Counted from the first letter of the stretch, positions 20,561-33,837 are shown. The stretch is DNA of 64,000 nt from Candidatus Eiseniibacteriota bacterium (GCA_963762255.1 CAVXKA010000001.1:224001-288000), one strand, 5' to 3'. The notes: generated by a model from the sequence alone, not told the origin. Numbers and translations are program-made.

Positions 20561-22195
20561 TCATTCATGATGACTGGTGTCATCCCAGCTTTGGGACCGC
20601 TCCAACCCATGCTTGCGCAGCTTGTTGTGGAGGTTTGTCCGGGATATCCCGAGCAGGTCTGCGGCCTTCGCTACAACGCCGCCGCTCCTGCGCAGAGATT
20701 CGAGAATGATGTCGCGCTCGTACTCGACCATCGCCTCGGGAAGCGCCCGATCCGGGAGGGCGATTACGGACGACGATTGAGGCGTCCTCGACGCGGATTC
20801 GACGAGCGGATCCACATCCACCAGATCCCCTTCGCGTCGCATGAGCAGGCTTCGCTCCACCACGTTGCGCAACTCGCGCACGTTTCCCGGCCAGCCGTAG
20901 GCGAGAAGCACCTCTTCGCCGACCGGCGTGAATCCGCGCACTCGCCTGTTGGTTTCGTGCGCGATCTCCTCGAGGAATCGGCGCGCCAGAGGGAGGATGT
21001 CTTCGGGACGATCGCGCAGCGGAGGCACGGTGAGGTTGATCACGTTCAGTCGGTAATACAGGTCCTCGCGAAAGCGCCCCCCGCGCACACCCGCCGAGAG
21101 ATCCGCATTCGTGGCAGCAATCATCCGCACATTGACCGGACGGTCCCGATTCTCCCCGACCCGCCGTACTCTGCGCTGCTCCAAGACTCTTAGCAGTTTC
21201 ACCTGCAGCTCGAGCGGTAACTCGGCGATCTCATCCAGGAAGATCGTTCCGCCGTCCGCTTCTTCGAACAACCCCGCCCGTTCACGTTCGGCGCCGGTGA
21301 AGGCCCCGCGCGCGTGTCCGAAGAGTTCGCTCTCGATGAGCCCCGGCGCCACCGCGCCGCAGTTGATCTCGACGAACGGACCCCGCCCGCGAGCGCTCAG
21401 ACGATGGAGGATGCGCGCCACGAGGCTCTTGCCCGTGCCGCTCTCGCCCAGAAGGAGCACGGTGGCCTCGGTTGGGGCCGCCGCTTCGACCTGCTGCGTC
21501 AATCGCTTCATGGCCGGGCTCGGCATCCGGATCCAGGAGAGATCGGGTTGCGAGCGCGCCGAGGATTCCAGCTCCTGCACCCGACGCCCGAGGTTCTTGG
21601 CCTCGGCCCGGAGCCGCAGCAGGAGATCCGCGTTGCGCATGAAAAGACCGGCATGGATGGCAAGGGTGGAGAGGAGCTTCAAATCCCCCGCCGCGAATCG
21701 CTCCTCCGGCCCGAACTTCCCGAGGCAGATCACCCCGAGAAATTCCTTCCCGCCGCCGAGCGGTGCGGCGATGAAAGCCTGCGGGAACTCGCTGCTTGCC
21801 GAACGCGCGGTGAGCCGCCCCTTGCGGTCGGAGGGCTCGAGCCGGCGCACCAGCGCCTGCGGCAGGTCATCGACCAGGTAGGGAAGCGCGCCCTCCTCCG
21901 CGAGAGCTTCGATGAGCGAGGTGGTGAGGAACTCGGGGACCGCGGGCTTCAAGCCCTCGACCGCGGTCGATTCGAGCCGGCCGGTGGGGCCTCGGCGGGC
22001 CACCCAACCACCCTGCGCCCGAAAGATGGTCAACGTCTCTCGCAGAAGGTAGCCGTCGAGATCGGTAACCGCGTCGGGCTTGGCCAGAACCTCGGCAAGG
22101 CTGTGAACGAAATCGAGCTCCTCGAACGCGCCGAGGAGCTTCTCGGTGACGTTCTGGAGCCGCCGTTCGAGATCGTGAGCTTCGCGGGGACTCAT
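20561..22195 (-). CDS. GAF-containing sigma-54-dependent activator (bEBP, Fis HTH)
   Basis: [59 protein letters not shown]; start placed at MSPRE. Confidence 0.93.
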   Translation of the reverse strand: MSPREAHDLERRLQNVTEKLLGAFEELDFVHSLAEVLAKPDAVTDLDGYLLRETLTIFRAQGGWVARRGPTGRLESTAVEGLKPAVPEFLTTSLIEALAEEGALPYLVDDLPQALVRRLEPSDRKGRLTARSASSEFPQAFIAAPLGGGKEFLGVICLGKFGPEERFAAGDLKLLSTLAIHAGLFMRNADLLLRLRAEAKNLGRRVQELESSARSQPDLSWIRMPSPAMKRLTQQVEAAAPTEATVLLLGESGTGKSLVARILHRLSARGRGPFVEINCGAVAPGLIESELFGHARGAFTGAERERAGLFEEADGGTIFLDEIAELPLELQVKLLRVLEQRRVRRVGENRDRPVNVRMIAATNADLSAGVRGGRFREDLYYRLNVINLTVPPLRDRPEDILPLARRFLEEIAHETNRRVRGFTPVGEEVLLAYGWPGNVRELRNVVERSLLMRREGDLVDVDPLVESASRTPQSSSVIALPDRALPEAMVEYERDIILESLRRSGGVVAKAADLLGISRTNLHNKLRKHGLERSQSWDDTSHHE

Positions 22196-22251
22196 GTCAT
22201 GGATTATGACATACGAATCATGATCCGTGACGAGGGGCAACCGAGGGCGAC

Positions 22252-22944
22252 TCAGGGGCGCCGAGCGGCTTCTCCGACCCGCCGAAGGGTGCCCACCATG
22301 GCCTCGGGATCCTCCGACCTGAAGATCGCGCTCCCTGCCACCAGGACCTCGCACCCCGCCTCAATCGCGCCCGGCGCAGTCCGGACGTCGATCCCGCCGT
22401 CGATGTGGATGGAGTACCCGTAGCCGCGCGTGCGCTTGAGCTCGGCCGCCCGCGCCGCCTTGGGGAGAACCTCGGGGAGGAACGCCTGCCCGCCGAAGCC
22501 CGGCTTGACGCTCATGATGAGCACGACGTCGGCCTCTTCCAGCACGGGTTCCACGCGCTCGAACGGGGTCGCAGGATCGAGGGTGATGCCGGCGAGAACC
22601 CCGAGCGCGCGGATGCGGCGCAGAACCGCCACCGGGTCCGGACAGACCTCGATGTGCACGATGACCGCGTCGGATCCGGCCTCGACGAATTCGTCGATGC
22701 ACGTCTCCGGGTTCGTGATCATGAGGTGCGTGCTGAGGTGAAGATCGGTCAGCCGGTTGATGGCTCCAACGATCATGGGGCCGAAGGTGAGGTTGGGAAC
22801 GTAGTGGCCGTCCATCACATCGAGATGGAGGAGATCGGCTCCGCCGCGCTCCACCCGGTGCAGTTCCTCGGCCAGGTGCGAGAAGTCGGCGGCAAGCACC
22901 GAGGGTGCGATGCGGATGAGTCGCCGGTCGCTCGACGGGTTCAC
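22252..22944 (-). CDS. rpe: Ribulose-phosphate 3-epimerase
   Basis: [48 protein letters not shown]. Confidence 0.95.
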   Translation of the reverse strand: MNPSSDRRLIRIAPSVLAADFSHLAEELHRVERGGADLLHLDVMDGHYVPNLTFGPMIVGAINRLTDLHLSTHLMITNPETCIDEFVEAGSDAVIVHIEVCPDPVAVLRRIRALGVLAGITLDPATPFERVEPVLEEADVVLIMSVKPGFGGQAFLPEVLPKAARAAELKRTRGYGYSIHIDGGIDVRTAPGAIEAGCEVLVAGSAIFRSEDPEAMVGTLRRVGEAARRP

Positions 22945-22948
22945 GCCG

Positions 22949-23731
22949 CTAGCCTCCCATGAGATGAATGGTGGCGGAACTGCGTACCTGCTCTCCGGGC
23001 TCGGGGGCGGTGGCGACCACACGCCGCGATCGGAAGCTGTACGGATCGTCGTCGTCGATCACGACCTGGAAGCCGGCGTAGCGAAGCTTTTCGGCGGTCA
23101 GCCGCATGTCTTGGCCAAGCAGGTCGGGCATGATCCAGGTGCGCCCCTCGGGTCCGTCGCTCACCAGAAGGTGGATGCGCTGAGCGGGCTCGACCACCGT
23201 TCCGGCGGGCGGGTCGCTCGCGATCACGAAGTCGCGCGTCACGTCGCGGGAGGGCACGCGGACCACGTCCCCGACCTGGTATCCCTCGTCGAGGAGATTC
23301 ATTCGCACGAATCGAAGGCTCTGTCCGGCGAGCCCCGGCACCTTCAACTCCTCGCGGCCGCTGCTCAACACGAGCCTCACCCCGCGCTCGGGTTTGATGC
23401 TCGATCCGGCGGCCGGCTTCTGATCGATCACGACGCCGCGCGGCACATCGAAGGTCACGCGCGTCACCGTATCCCGCACGGCCAGCGCCATGGACTCTAG
23501 GATTCGCTCCGCCTCCGCCCGCGGCTTTCCGCGCACGTCCGGCATCGCGACCTCGGCGTTGTGCCGCACGAACTGCGGCATCACGCTCAAGTTGAACACG
23601 ACGAGGGCGGCCGCCAACCCCAGCGACGCGGGGAGGACCCAGCGAAGCAGAAAGGCGCGGAGTCGGCGTCCCCGGGCTCCGCTGGTGAACGACCGCACGC
23701 GCATCCAGACCGAGGATCGCCCGCTGCTCAC
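22949..23731 (-). CDS. Membrane-anchored triple-PASTA domain protein (no kinase)
   Basis: One TM, then MPDVRG, VPGLAG and MPDLLG repeats with VIDQKPAAG-type motifs; GTGA overlap with rsmB. Confidence 0.85.
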   Translation of the reverse strand: MSSGRSSVWMRVRSFTSGARGRRLRAFLLRWVLPASLGLAAALVVFNLSVMPQFVRHNAEVAMPDVRGKPRAEAERILESMALAVRDTVTRVTFDVPRGVVIDQKPAAGSSIKPERGVRLVLSSGREELKVPGLAGQSLRFVRMNLLDEGYQVGDVVRVPSRDVTRDFVIASDPPAGTVVEPAQRIHLLVSDGPEGRTWIMPDLLGQDMRLTAEKLRYAGFQVVIDDDDPYSFRSRRVVATAPEPGEQVRSSATIHLMGG

Positions 23732-25113
23732 GACTTCCGCCGGAGTCTCGCGGCGAACGCGCCGTCCGTGTTGTGTCGATGCGGGTAGAGGAGAAGGCAA
23801 CCCTCGGTCACCACCTCGTGCGGAAGGAACGCCTCGGCGTCCTCGAGTTCGAAATACGGGTGCGTGGCGAGGAACCCGTCGATCTGCCGTCGCCCCTCTT
23901 CAGGTTCCGTGCTGCACACGCTGTAGACCAGCACGCCGCCGGGACGCAGACAGCTCGCACCGGCCTCGAGGAGCCCCTGCTGCAGAGGCAGCAACGCGCG
24001 AAGCGAGGCCTCGGTCTTGCGCCAGCGCGCGTCGGAACGCCGCCCGAGAACGCCGAGTCCGCTGCATGGAGCGTCGACAAGCACCCGATCCGCCGGTCGG
24101 GCCAGCGTGAGGGTGCGGCCGTCTGCACACACCGCGGCGACGCCGGTCACGCCCATGCGTGCCACGTTCTCGCGCACGCGGGCCAGCCGGCTCTTCTGGA
24201 CATCGACGGCGATCAGCAATCCTTGCGATCCCCGCCCTTCTTGAATTTGAGTGGCCTTGCCGCCGGGCGCGGCGCAGAGATCGAGCACGGTCTCGCCTGG
24301 TTCGGCGGCCAGAAGCTCGCAGACCAGGGTCTCGCTCTCATCCTGCACGAAGAAGTGGCCCTCATCGAACTCGGGAAGCCCCGGGAGAGCGATGTTGCCG
24401 GTCACTCGCAGGGTCAGGCGACTGTACGGGGCGGCCTCGACCTCGATGCCGCGGGCGCCGAGCGCGCGCCGCAGCGTCTCGCGGTCCGTCTTGAGCGGGT
24501 TCACGCGAAGCCCGACCGTAGCCGAACGATTGTCGGCCAGGAGCAGCGCGCGGGTCTCGTCGTCACCCAGCCGTCGCCGCCAACGGGCAACCAGCCAGGC
24601 CGGGTGCGAGTAGGCCACTGCCATCGCCTCGTCGGGATCGGTGAGGATCTGCTCGGGATCGGGCGCTCCCGCCCCCTCGCGCAGGATCTTGCGGAGCACC
24701 GCGTTCACGAGCCCGGCGGCGCCGGGGTTCGCATACTTCTTCGCCAGCGTCACGCACTCGTCGACGGCGGCGTGAGGAGGAATGCGATCCAGGAAGAGGA
24801 TCTGGTAGAGCCCGAGTCGCAGCAGGTTCAAGATCCACGGCGTCAGCGTGTCGAGGCCGGCACGCACGTAGCGGCCGAGAACCCAGTCGAGACGTCCGCG
24901 CCAGCGGAGCGTGCCGTTCACGAGTTCGGTGGCCAGCGCGGCGTCGCGAGGATCGAGCGACCCGCTGCGCAGATCGCGGCTCAGAAGGAGATCGGCGAAG
25001 GCCTTGCGCGTGTCCACGTGGTAAAGCACGTTGAGGGCGATCTCGCGGGCGGACTTCGGCTGCGGCGGGCGTCCGCGCCGCCCGCGCGCGCCGGGCCGGA
25101 CTTCGAGGTTCAT
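23728..25113 (-). CDS. rsmB: 16S rRNA m5C967 methyltransferase (NusB-like + SAM domain)
   Basis: GLVNAVLR, YSHPAWLV, VQDE, DLCAAPGGK, DAPCSGLG, YSVCS. Confidence 0.93.
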   Translation of the reverse strand: MNLEVRPGARGRRGRPPQPKSAREIALNVLYHVDTRKAFADLLLSRDLRSGSLDPRDAALATELVNGTLRWRGRLDWVLGRYVRAGLDTLTPWILNLLRLGLYQILFLDRIPPHAAVDECVTLAKKYANPGAAGLVNAVLRKILREGAGAPDPEQILTDPDEAMAVAYSHPAWLVARWRRRLGDDETRALLLADNRSATVGLRVNPLKTDRETLRRALGARGIEVEAAPYSRLTLRVTGNIALPGLPEFDEGHFFVQDESETLVCELLAAEPGETVLDLCAAPGGKATQIQEGRGSQGLLIAVDVQKSRLARVRENVARMGVTGVAAVCADGRTLTLARPADRVLVDAPCSGLGVLGRRSDARWRKTEASLRALLPLQQGLLEAGASCLRPGGVLVYSVCSTEPEEGRRQIDGFLATHPYFELEDAEAFLPHEVVTEGCLLLYPHRHNTDGAFAARLRRKS

Positions 25114-26084
25114 CGCGCCACCGCCATGCGAGGACTGAGATCGGGAACGATCGGAGGGGGCGAGAGGCGATCTCCGGCCTTCAGGCCGCGCCCGCGCGCG
25201 AAGGCGGCACCTTCCATGTCGTTCCGTCCCGGGGGACGGACGCTGAGAAGATCCACGGCATCCTCGGCGGCGGCCACGCGCAGATGACGATGCGCCACCT
25301 CGAGGATCGTGTACGGCGTTCCTCTCCCCCCCGCCACCGGCCGCACCGCGCTCACCAGGATCGCATCCCCCCCCAGGAAGACGCGTGCCCCGGGAGAAGG
25401 GGTGGTGCCGCGGAACTGGTCCACGACCTCCTCGGCGGTGCGGGTAAAGTCGAGATATCCATGCTCACGGTCGAGTCGGGGAGCGTAGCTGGCCCCCTCG
25501 TCGGACTGAGGCGTGGGGGCAAGAAGGCCGCTCTCGAGCCCGCGGAGCGTATCGACAAGCAGGCTCCCCCCGGCCTCGGCAAGCCGCGCCAGAAGCTCGC
25601 CGGCGGTCTCCGTCGGCCGCACCTCGAGAACGTGGCGCTCGAGAATGGGCCCGGTGTCGATGCCCGCATCCATCAACATGGTGGTCACACCCGTGGTGCG
25701 CCGCCCATGGATGAGGCTCCACTGCGCGGGCGCCACACCTCGATAGGCGGGCAGAAGCGATGCGTGCACGTTGACCGCCCCCAACGAAGCGAGCTCCAGC
25801 AGAGGCTGCTTGAGGATCGCGCCGAACGCGGCCACCACGAGCACGTGCGGATCGAGCGCCCTCAACTCGGCAACCGTTTCCGCTGCGTTGACCCGCTCCG
25901 GCTGCAGCACGCGCAGACCGAGCCGCTCGGCGGTCACCTTGACCGGCGTAGGGACGATGCGTTGCCCGCGCCCGCTCGGCTTGTCCTGCCTCGTCACCAC
26001 CGCCGACACGCGATGGCCCGCGGCGTGGAGGGCCTCCAGGCTCGAGCAGGCGAACTCGGGCGTGCCCATGAAAATGATGTTCAT
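25110..26084 (-). CDS. fmt: Methionyl-tRNA formyltransferase
   Basis: FMGTPEFA, NVHASLLPAYRG, GVTTMLMDAGIDTG. Confidence 0.95.
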   Translation of the reverse strand: MNIIFMGTPEFACSSLEALHAAGHRVSAVVTRQDKPSGRGQRIVPTPVKVTAERLGLRVLQPERVNAAETVAELRALDPHVLVVAAFGAILKQPLLELASLGAVNVHASLLPAYRGVAPAQWSLIHGRRTTGVTTMLMDAGIDTGPILERHVLEVRPTETAGELLARLAEAGGSLLVDTLRGLESGLLAPTPQSDEGASYAPRLDREHGYLDFTRTAEEVVDQFRGTTPSPGARVFLGGDAILVSAVRPVAGGRGTPYTILEVAHRHLRVAAAEDAVDLLSVRPPGRNDMEGAAFARGRGLKAGDRLSPPPIVPDLSPRMAVAR

Positions 26085-26136
26085 CGGTCGGACGCTCCAG
26101 CGCGACGACCCGCGGCCGCCATGGCCGCAGGCGCGC

Positions 26137-26664
26137 TCACTTCTTCTCCGCTTCCTGCTCTTCGGCGATCTTCTTGAGTTTCTTGGCGAGGAGCCGCCGC
26201 CGCACCGTGCTCAGGCGGTCGACGTAGAGCACTCCGTTCAGGTGATCGACCTCGTGCTGCACCGCACGGGCGAGGAAGTCGGTGCATTCGAATTCGAAGG
26301 GACGGCCCTTGAGATCGACCGCGCGCACGCGCAGCCACTGGTGGCGGACGACGTCCTCGCGCAGTCCGGGGATCGAGAGGCAGCCCTCCGGCCCCTTCTG
26401 CTCCCCGCGATACTCGAGGATCTCGGGGTTCACCAGCACGCCCACGTAGCTTCCACCGTCGTCGAAGGGAACGTCCATGACGGTCATGCGCAGGCTGACC
26501 CCCGCTTGCGGCGCGGCAAGCCCCACCCCTTCCTCCTCGTACATGATCTCGAACATGCGCTTGCTCAACGCTTCGAGTTCGGAGTCGAAGGTGGTGACCT
26601 CTTTCGCGCGGCGGCGCAGCACCGGGTTGCCGTAGATGGTGAGCGCAAGCTCCTCGAGGTTCAT
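26137..26664 (-). CDS. def: Peptide deformylase
   Basis: GVGLAAPQ, EGCLSIP, QHEVDHLNG. Confidence 0.96.
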   Translation of the reverse strand: MNLEELALTIYGNPVLRRRAKEVTTFDSELEALSKRMFEIMYEEEGVGLAAPQAGVSLRMTVMDVPFDDGGSYVGVLVNPEILEYRGEQKGPEGCLSIPGLREDVVRHQWLRVRAVDLKGRPFEFECTDFLARAVQHEVDHLNGVLYVDRLSTVRRRLLAKKLKKIAEEQEAEKK

Positions 26665-26999
26665 CAAGCCTCCCGGCTTTTCTCCACCACCGCGGTGATG
26701 GCGCTCTTGGCCACCTCCACGCGCACCTGGTCCGCGATCTTGAGCACCACGACGTTGTCCTTCGAACTGGCCACGGTGCCGAAGAGCCCGCCGGAGGTGA
26801 CGACGCGGTCCCCCTGCTTGAGGGAGTCGAGCATCTTGACCGTTTCCTTCTGACGCTTGGCCTGGGGTCGGATGACCAGGAAGTAGAAGATCGCGAAGAT
26901 GAGCACGAACGGGAGCAGGGTGAAGAGGAGACTCCCACCGCCGCCGGCGGCGCCGCCGCCCTGTTGGGGCGGCGCACCCATCAATAAGACAGGGTTCAT
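26664..26999 (-). CDS. yajC: Preprotein translocase subunit YajC
   Basis: IFYFLVIRPQAKRQK..LKQGDRVVTSGGLFG. Confidence 0.95.
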   Translation of the reverse strand: MNPVLLMGAPPQQGGGAAGGGGSLLFTLLPFVLIFAIFYFLVIRPQAKRQKETVKMLDSLKQGDRVVTSGGLFGTVASSKDNVVVLKIADQVRVEVAKSAITAVVEKSREA

Positions 27000-27033
27000 A
27001 ACCGGATTGCCTTTACCTTTCGTCGAACCGGGT

Positions 27034-29246
<2,213 letters not shown>

Positions 29247-29268
29247 GATCTGGAATCCTGCCCGGCGC

Positions 29269-30306
29269 CTACGAGGGCTCGAACATGTTGCCCTGCTCGG
29301 TTGCCTCTCCGGACCGGGTGATGCCGAGATGCGTGTACGCCCGCGGCGCCGCCGCGCGGCCCCTCGGCGTGCGCTCGATGAATCCCTGCTGCAGGAGGAA
29401 CGGTTCGTAGACGTCCTCGAGCGTCTCCGGCTCCTCCCCCACCGCCATGGCCAGCGTGTTCAAGCCCACCGGACCGCCGCGGTACTTCACGATGAGTGCC
29501 TCGAGATAGCGGCGATCCATGGGATCGAGACCCAGGGTGTCCACTTCCAACAAATCGAGAGCGGCGCGCGCCACCTCACCGGTGATGACGCCGTCGGCCC
29601 GCACCTGCGCGTAGTCGCGAATGCGCCGTAGAAGCCGGTTCGCGATGCGCGGTGTACCACGGGAGCGGCGCGCGATCTCCGTGCGACCCGAGGCGTCGAT
29701 GCGCACGTTGAGGATGCCCGCGGTGCGGGCGACGATCGTCTCCAGCTCTTCCGGCAGGTAGTAATCGAGCCGGTGGATGAGACCGAAGCGCGACCGTAGG
29801 GGCGAGGTGAGGAGTCCCGCCCTCGTGGTTGCGCCGATCAAGGTGAAGGGCTGCAACGCGAGCCGCACCGAGCGCGCCCCGGGCCCACGGTCGATCATGA
29901 TGTCGAGCGAGTAGTCCTCCATCGCCGGGTAGAGGAACTCCTCGATGCTCGGGTGCAGGCGGTGAACCTCGTCGATGAAGAGGATGCCGCGCTCGCCCAG
30001 GTTGGTGAGGAGCCCGGCCAGATCGCCGGGCCGCTCCAGCACCGGACCCGAAGTGAACACGATGGGGACGTCGAGTTCCTGGGCCACGATCGCGGCAAGG
30101 GTGGTCTTGCCGAGGCCGGGCGGGCCGTAGAGCAGGAGATGATCCATGGCCTCGGCGCGCCCCCGCGCGGCTTCCAGCGCAATCCGCAGGTTCTCGCGCA
30201 GCGCGGTCTGGCCGACGAAATCCTCGAGCCTCCGCGGGCGCAGGGACGTATCGAGGGACGACTCCTCTTCGAGGAGAACGGGGTCGGTGATGCCGCGTGG
30301 GGTCAT
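29269..30306 (-). CDS. ruvB: Holliday junction branch migration helicase RuvB
   Basis: [49 protein letters not shown]. Confidence 0.97.
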   Translation of the reverse strand: MTPRGITDPVLLEEESSLDTSLRPRRLEDFVGQTALRENLRIALEAARGRAEAMDHLLLYGPPGLGKTTLAAIVAQELDVPIVFTSGPVLERPGDLAGLLTNLGERGILFIDEVHRLHPSIEEFLYPAMEDYSLDIMIDRGPGARSVRLALQPFTLIGATTRAGLLTSPLRSRFGLIHRLDYYLPEELETIVARTAGILNVRIDASGRTEIARRSRGTPRIANRLLRRIRDYAQVRADGVITGEVARAALDLLEVDTLGLDPMDRRYLEALIVKYRGGPVGLNTLAMAVGEEPETLEDVYEPFLLQQGFIERTPRGRAAAPRAYTHLGITRSGEATEQGNMFEPS

Positions 30307-30387
30307 CGATGCCTCAAGGGGGAAACCGGGTGCGCGAACCCGACAACGCTATCACAGGGGGGAATCGGCCTCAACGTGCGGGCACGG

Positions 30388-31035
30388 CTAGAGGGCGAGC
30401 AACGCTCTCAAGTCGTCCACCGTCTCCGCCATCTCCAGCCCCTCGAACGCGTCCAACTCCTCCCGCTGGTGCGTCCCCCACAATACAGCCACCGGCGTCA
30501 CCCCCGCCGAGAGGGCGGCGCGCACGTCGAGCGGGCTGTCCCCGACATAGACCGCGTCCGCGGGCGGAATGGACAGGCGCTCGGCCACGGCGAAAAGACC
30601 GTCCGGAGCGGGTTTCGGGCGCAGTGCCTCCTCACCGGTCACCGTGGCGTCGAAGAGTTCCTCGATCGCGAGCCCGTACAGCATGGCGTCGGTGCTGGGG
30701 CGGCCTCGCCCGGTGAAGAGGCCGGTCTTCCGCCCCGCAGCGCGGAGGTCGCGGATCAGTTCGACGATCCCCGGGAACGGCGTGAGCCCCGCGAACTCCC
30801 GCGCATAGCAGGCGTAGAGGCGCTGCACCGCCTCGTCGGCGTGCTTCTCCCCGACCCACCCCGCGATGATGCGATGGTCCGCCTCGCCCATGCGGGCGAG
30901 CATTTCATTCTTGTCGGGGAAACGGCCGAGGACAGGCGCCACCGCCTCGGCGAAGCACTTGAACGTCGCGGGAAGCGAATCGACCACGGTGCCGTCGAGA
31001 TCGAAGATCACGAGGCGCGGTGAGGGACGGTCCAT
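30388..31035 (-). CDS. HAD-superfamily hydrolase (phosphoglycolate phosphatase-like)
   Basis: FDLDGT, KPAPD, YVGDSPLD. Confidence 0.9.
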   Translation of the reverse strand: MDRPSPRLVIFDLDGTVVDSLPATFKCFAEAVAPVLGRFPDKNEMLARMGEADHRIIAGWVGEKHADEAVQRLYACYAREFAGLTPFPGIVELIRDLRAAGRKTGLFTGRGRPSTDAMLYGLAIEELFDATVTGEEALRPKPAPDGLFAVAERLSIPPADAVYVGDSPLDVRAALSAGVTPVAVLWGTHQREELDAFEGLEMAETVDDLRALLAL

Positions 31036-31084
31036 TTCGATTGAGACTCCTCGTCGTCAAGAAACCGCAATGTCCGCGGGCGCG

Positions 31085-31117
31085 GAAACGCCCGGGGTTC
31101 CGACAACCCCGGGCGTT
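31085..31117 (-). terminator. Hairpin / probable intrinsic terminator after the secreted glucan-binding protein
   Basis: 13-bp perfect stem AACGCCCGGGGTT-ccgac-AACCCCGGGCGTT, short U tract. Confidence 0.6.
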
Positions 31118-31146
31118 CTGGCGATTTCCGCTGCCTCGGTGCCCGT

Positions 31147-33573
31147 CTAGGGCAGGAGCAGCATTCTGCGCGTCGCGGTCTGGCCGCCCACGTTCAGGTT
31201 GTAGAAGTAGATGCCGGGCGTGGCCGGCCGGCCGCCGTCGTCACGTCCGTCCCACTGCACGATCTGAATGCCTTCATCGACGTTACGGTCAAGAAGACCC
31301 CGGACCCGGCGGCCCGTTACGTCGAAGATATCGAGCACCGCGCGTCCGGCGCGCGACGCGCGGAATTCGATCGTGGTGCGCGGGCTGAAGGGATTCGGGT
31401 AGTTCTGAGCGAGATGAATGGTGACCGCGGGCTTCGGCGCGTCCCCCGGCACTCCGGTGGTGATGTCGGTGCAGTAGTTCCAGATCCCCACCGGAGGCAT
31501 CACCGGATTCGCGACGGAGTAGACGAGGTCATCGAGGTAGACGGACCGGTTCGGATCCCCCGTGCACTCGTACGTGTCGTTGATCAGGTACTTGTACCCC
31601 AGGCTCAACCCGGTGGAATCGGGGAAGACGACCGCCACCGTGTAGGTGTGGTCGCTCCCGGTCGCATCCGGCGAGACGCCGTCGTCGAACATGGCGGTGA
31701 GCGAGGGGACGCTGAAGTCGAGCGGCAGCCGGTCGCCGTTCACCCCCACCGACGTGATCGGACCGCCGAACCAGTAGTCGGTGTCCACGCGGAAGATGAC
31801 CTTGATGGCCTTGTCGGTGACCGAGCACCGGTCGATGCCGCGGGCGGGCAGTTCGAGCGGCCCCAGGGCGCCGCCTACCGTGTCGAAGGCTGCGTCGTTG
31901 AGGTAGACGTCGCGGTTCGACTGCCCGAGGCACTCGTACGCGCTGTTGAAGGTGAACTTGTAGTACACGGTCTTGTACGTCCCCACCGGGAAGCGCACCC
32001 TGACCGCGTAGATGCCGTCCCCCGCCGTCTGGTCGGGCGAGACACCGTTATCGGCCATGAAGATCCCCGGGGTGGCGAAGCTCGGAAGCGGCGCCTGGTC
32101 GCCGGTCACCCCTACCGTGTCGAGCGGTCCGGGCCCGAACAGGTTCGCGTTGACGCGGAAGAAAACGTCGATGGGGTGCTGGATCACGGCGTCGGGGTTG
32201 TCGTCGTTCCAGAAGGCGCGCAGCGTGTCACTGCTTCCGGTGTCGCTGGTGACCAGGAACTGACGGTTGGAGCGCGGCTCGAAACCCTGCACGTGGTGGA
32301 GGAATTTCCACTCGAGCGTGGCCTCCGCCTTGCCGGTCAGCGTGCTCTTCGAAACGCTCATCGGCACCGTCGTCACGTAGACCGAGTCCACGTCCGGGTC
32401 CAGCATCAGCGCGTTGTCCTTGGTCGGATTGAACGTCAAGGGGACCAGGCTCCCCTCGATGAAGAAGGAGTCGGGCGGGCTCGAGTGGGTGATCATGAAG
32501 ACGCTCATGTCCCCTTCGAACCGCAGGCGCTTCAGGATGAACGACTTCTTGTTCCCCACGCCGTCGTTGACGATCGGGTTCCCGGCCTGATCCTGAACGT
32601 TGGTCACGGTCACGTCGTAGAAGCTCGCCGAGGGCGATGCGTTGGAGCCCAGGGTCAAGTGGACGATGGCGGCGTTGGAGCCGTCCACTACCGCACCGGT
32701 CACGGTGTAGGTGGCGGGACCGGCGTGAACCGCGTAGTTCGTCGGGGTGGTGGCGCCGGTGCCCACCGGCTCATTGAACTCCACGTCGATCTTGTTGGTG
32801 GACGTGGCGATCTGCTTCTGCGCGTCGACGGTGAACCCGGTCGCCTTGGCGCTCTGCAGCAGGGGCGGGGTGGTGTCGGAGGTTCCCTGCACCACAAAGG
32901 TCATCATGCAGCTCATCTCCACCGGGACGGTCACGTCCCAGGTCGTGCTGCTCGGGGTGGAAAGCTGGACGGCGTCGCTGCACATGGCGTCCAGCGGGCC
33001 CTTGGTGGTGCCGTCCTGGGTGACCCAGAACTCGACGTGGAGGGTGTCACCCGCACCCACGCCCAGCGTGCTGAGAGAGATCTTCCCCTCGGTGAAGGTG
33101 CCGTCGGCCATCCCCAACCCGTTCGGCCCATCGCTCACCACGGTCCAGGCCGCGCCGCCCCATTGGTAGAGCACCTCGTAGTTGTACGAGTTGCAGGAGG
33201 TGGGGACGACGTCGTAGAGATAGAAGTCCGGCTTCTTGGGCACGGTGTTCCACGCGATCTTGCGCGAGAACGCATCGGTGGGGCCGCCGGCCACCGTGTT
33301 CTTATCGATGGCCAGTCCCAGGTTGATATCGCACCACGTGCCGTGGTCGTAGTCGAAGCCGAAGTAGAGGAAGTTGGTGTCGTTGGTCAGGTAGATGTTG
33401 CCCTGATCCAACTGGGTGAACTGGGTGTCACCCCCGTCCGCGTCCAGCAAGTTGGCGACGTTGAAGTCGTTGGTGCCGTCCACGACGATCGTTTGCGGAA
33501 CGAAAGCCCACGCCGGCGCCGCCAAGAGCAGAGCAGCGAAGAGCGGGAGCAAAGACGCGCGCAGAGTGCTCAT
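31147..33573 (-). CDS. Secreted multidomain carbohydrate-binding protein (DOMON/CBM9-like, Ig, CBM20/choice-of-anchor-X-like repeats, FlgD-Ig CTD)
   Basis: Signal peptide AWA; IVVDG..ND.NFLYFG; repeats V.FRV..VGV.GD..PL..M.D.G.SPD...D..Y.V.V.FP....YK...YEC....R; CTD LAQNYPNPF..IFDVTGRRVR..WDGRDD..PGIYFY; GGAGG RBS. Confidence 0.75.
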   Translation of the reverse strand: MSTLRASLLPLFAALLLAAPAWAFVPQTIVVDGTNDFNVANLLDADGGDTQFTQLDQGNIYLTNDTNFLYFGFDYDHGTWCDINLGLAIDKNTVAGGPTDAFSRKIAWNTVPKKPDFYLYDVVPTSCNSYNYEVLYQWGGAAWTVVSDGPNGLGMADGTFTEGKISLSTLGVGAGDTLHVEFWVTQDGTTKGPLDAMCSDAVQLSTPSSTTWDVTVPVEMSCMMTFVVQGTSDTTPPLLQSAKATGFTVDAQKQIATSTNKIDVEFNEPVGTGATTPTNYAVHAGPATYTVTGAVVDGSNAAIVHLTLGSNASPSASFYDVTVTNVQDQAGNPIVNDGVGNKKSFILKRLRFEGDMSVFMITHSSPPDSFFIEGSLVPLTFNPTKDNALMLDPDVDSVYVTTVPMSVSKSTLTGKAEATLEWKFLHHVQGFEPRSNRQFLVTSDTGSSDTLRAFWNDDNPDAVIQHPIDVFFRVNANLFGPGPLDTVGVTGDQAPLPSFATPGIFMADNGVSPDQTAGDGIYAVRVRFPVGTYKTVYYKFTFNSAYECLGQSNRDVYLNDAAFDTVGGALGPLELPARGIDRCSVTDKAIKVIFRVDTDYWFGGPITSVGVNGDRLPLDFSVPSLTAMFDDGVSPDATGSDHTYTVAVVFPDSTGLSLGYKYLINDTYECTGDPNRSVYLDDLVYSVANPVMPPVGIWNYCTDITTGVPGDAPKPAVTIHLAQNYPNPFSPRTTIEFRASRAGRAVLDIFDVTGRRVRGLLDRNVDEGIQIVQWDGRDDGGRPATPGIYFYNLNVGGQTATRRMLLLP

Positions 33574-33646
33574 TTCGAACCTCCCCCAACCGGGTCGGAC
33601 ATCCGTCCGACGGATGCGAAGCCTGCGGGTCGCTAGTGTGGCGTGG

Positions 33647-33660
33647 TTTGACCGGTCCAA
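33647..33660. promoter_or_regulatory. LacI-type operator 1 (TTTGACCGGTCCAA)
   Basis: Near-palindrome with central CG, matching sites at 46186 and 47347; downstream of the predicted promoter. Confidence 0.75.
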
Positions 33661-33690
33661 CAGAGCGAGTTGGGCGACCGGTGAAGCGAC

Positions 33691-33720
33691 ATTTTACTTC
33701 ATTTGGGGGGTTCGCGTCAA
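33691..33720 (-). promoter_or_regulatory. Sigma-70 promoter TTGACG-18-TAAAAT
   Basis: -35 at 33720-33715 and -10 at 33696-33691 on the minus strand. Confidence 0.65.
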
Positions 33721-33837
33721 CGATGCAGCGCGCGCTGCCAGCGCCATAACATCATGTTAAATAATCATTTACAAGAACATGAGAGGTCGGTTCTCCCGTC
33801 CCCCGGACGAAGCCGGGGGCGAGCCTAGCGCCCTCGG

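Noticed and set aside
20243-20610. Short minus-strand ORFs in the sigma-54 intergenic region
   Set aside because: No RBS or motifs, atypical composition, and they overlap promoter elements
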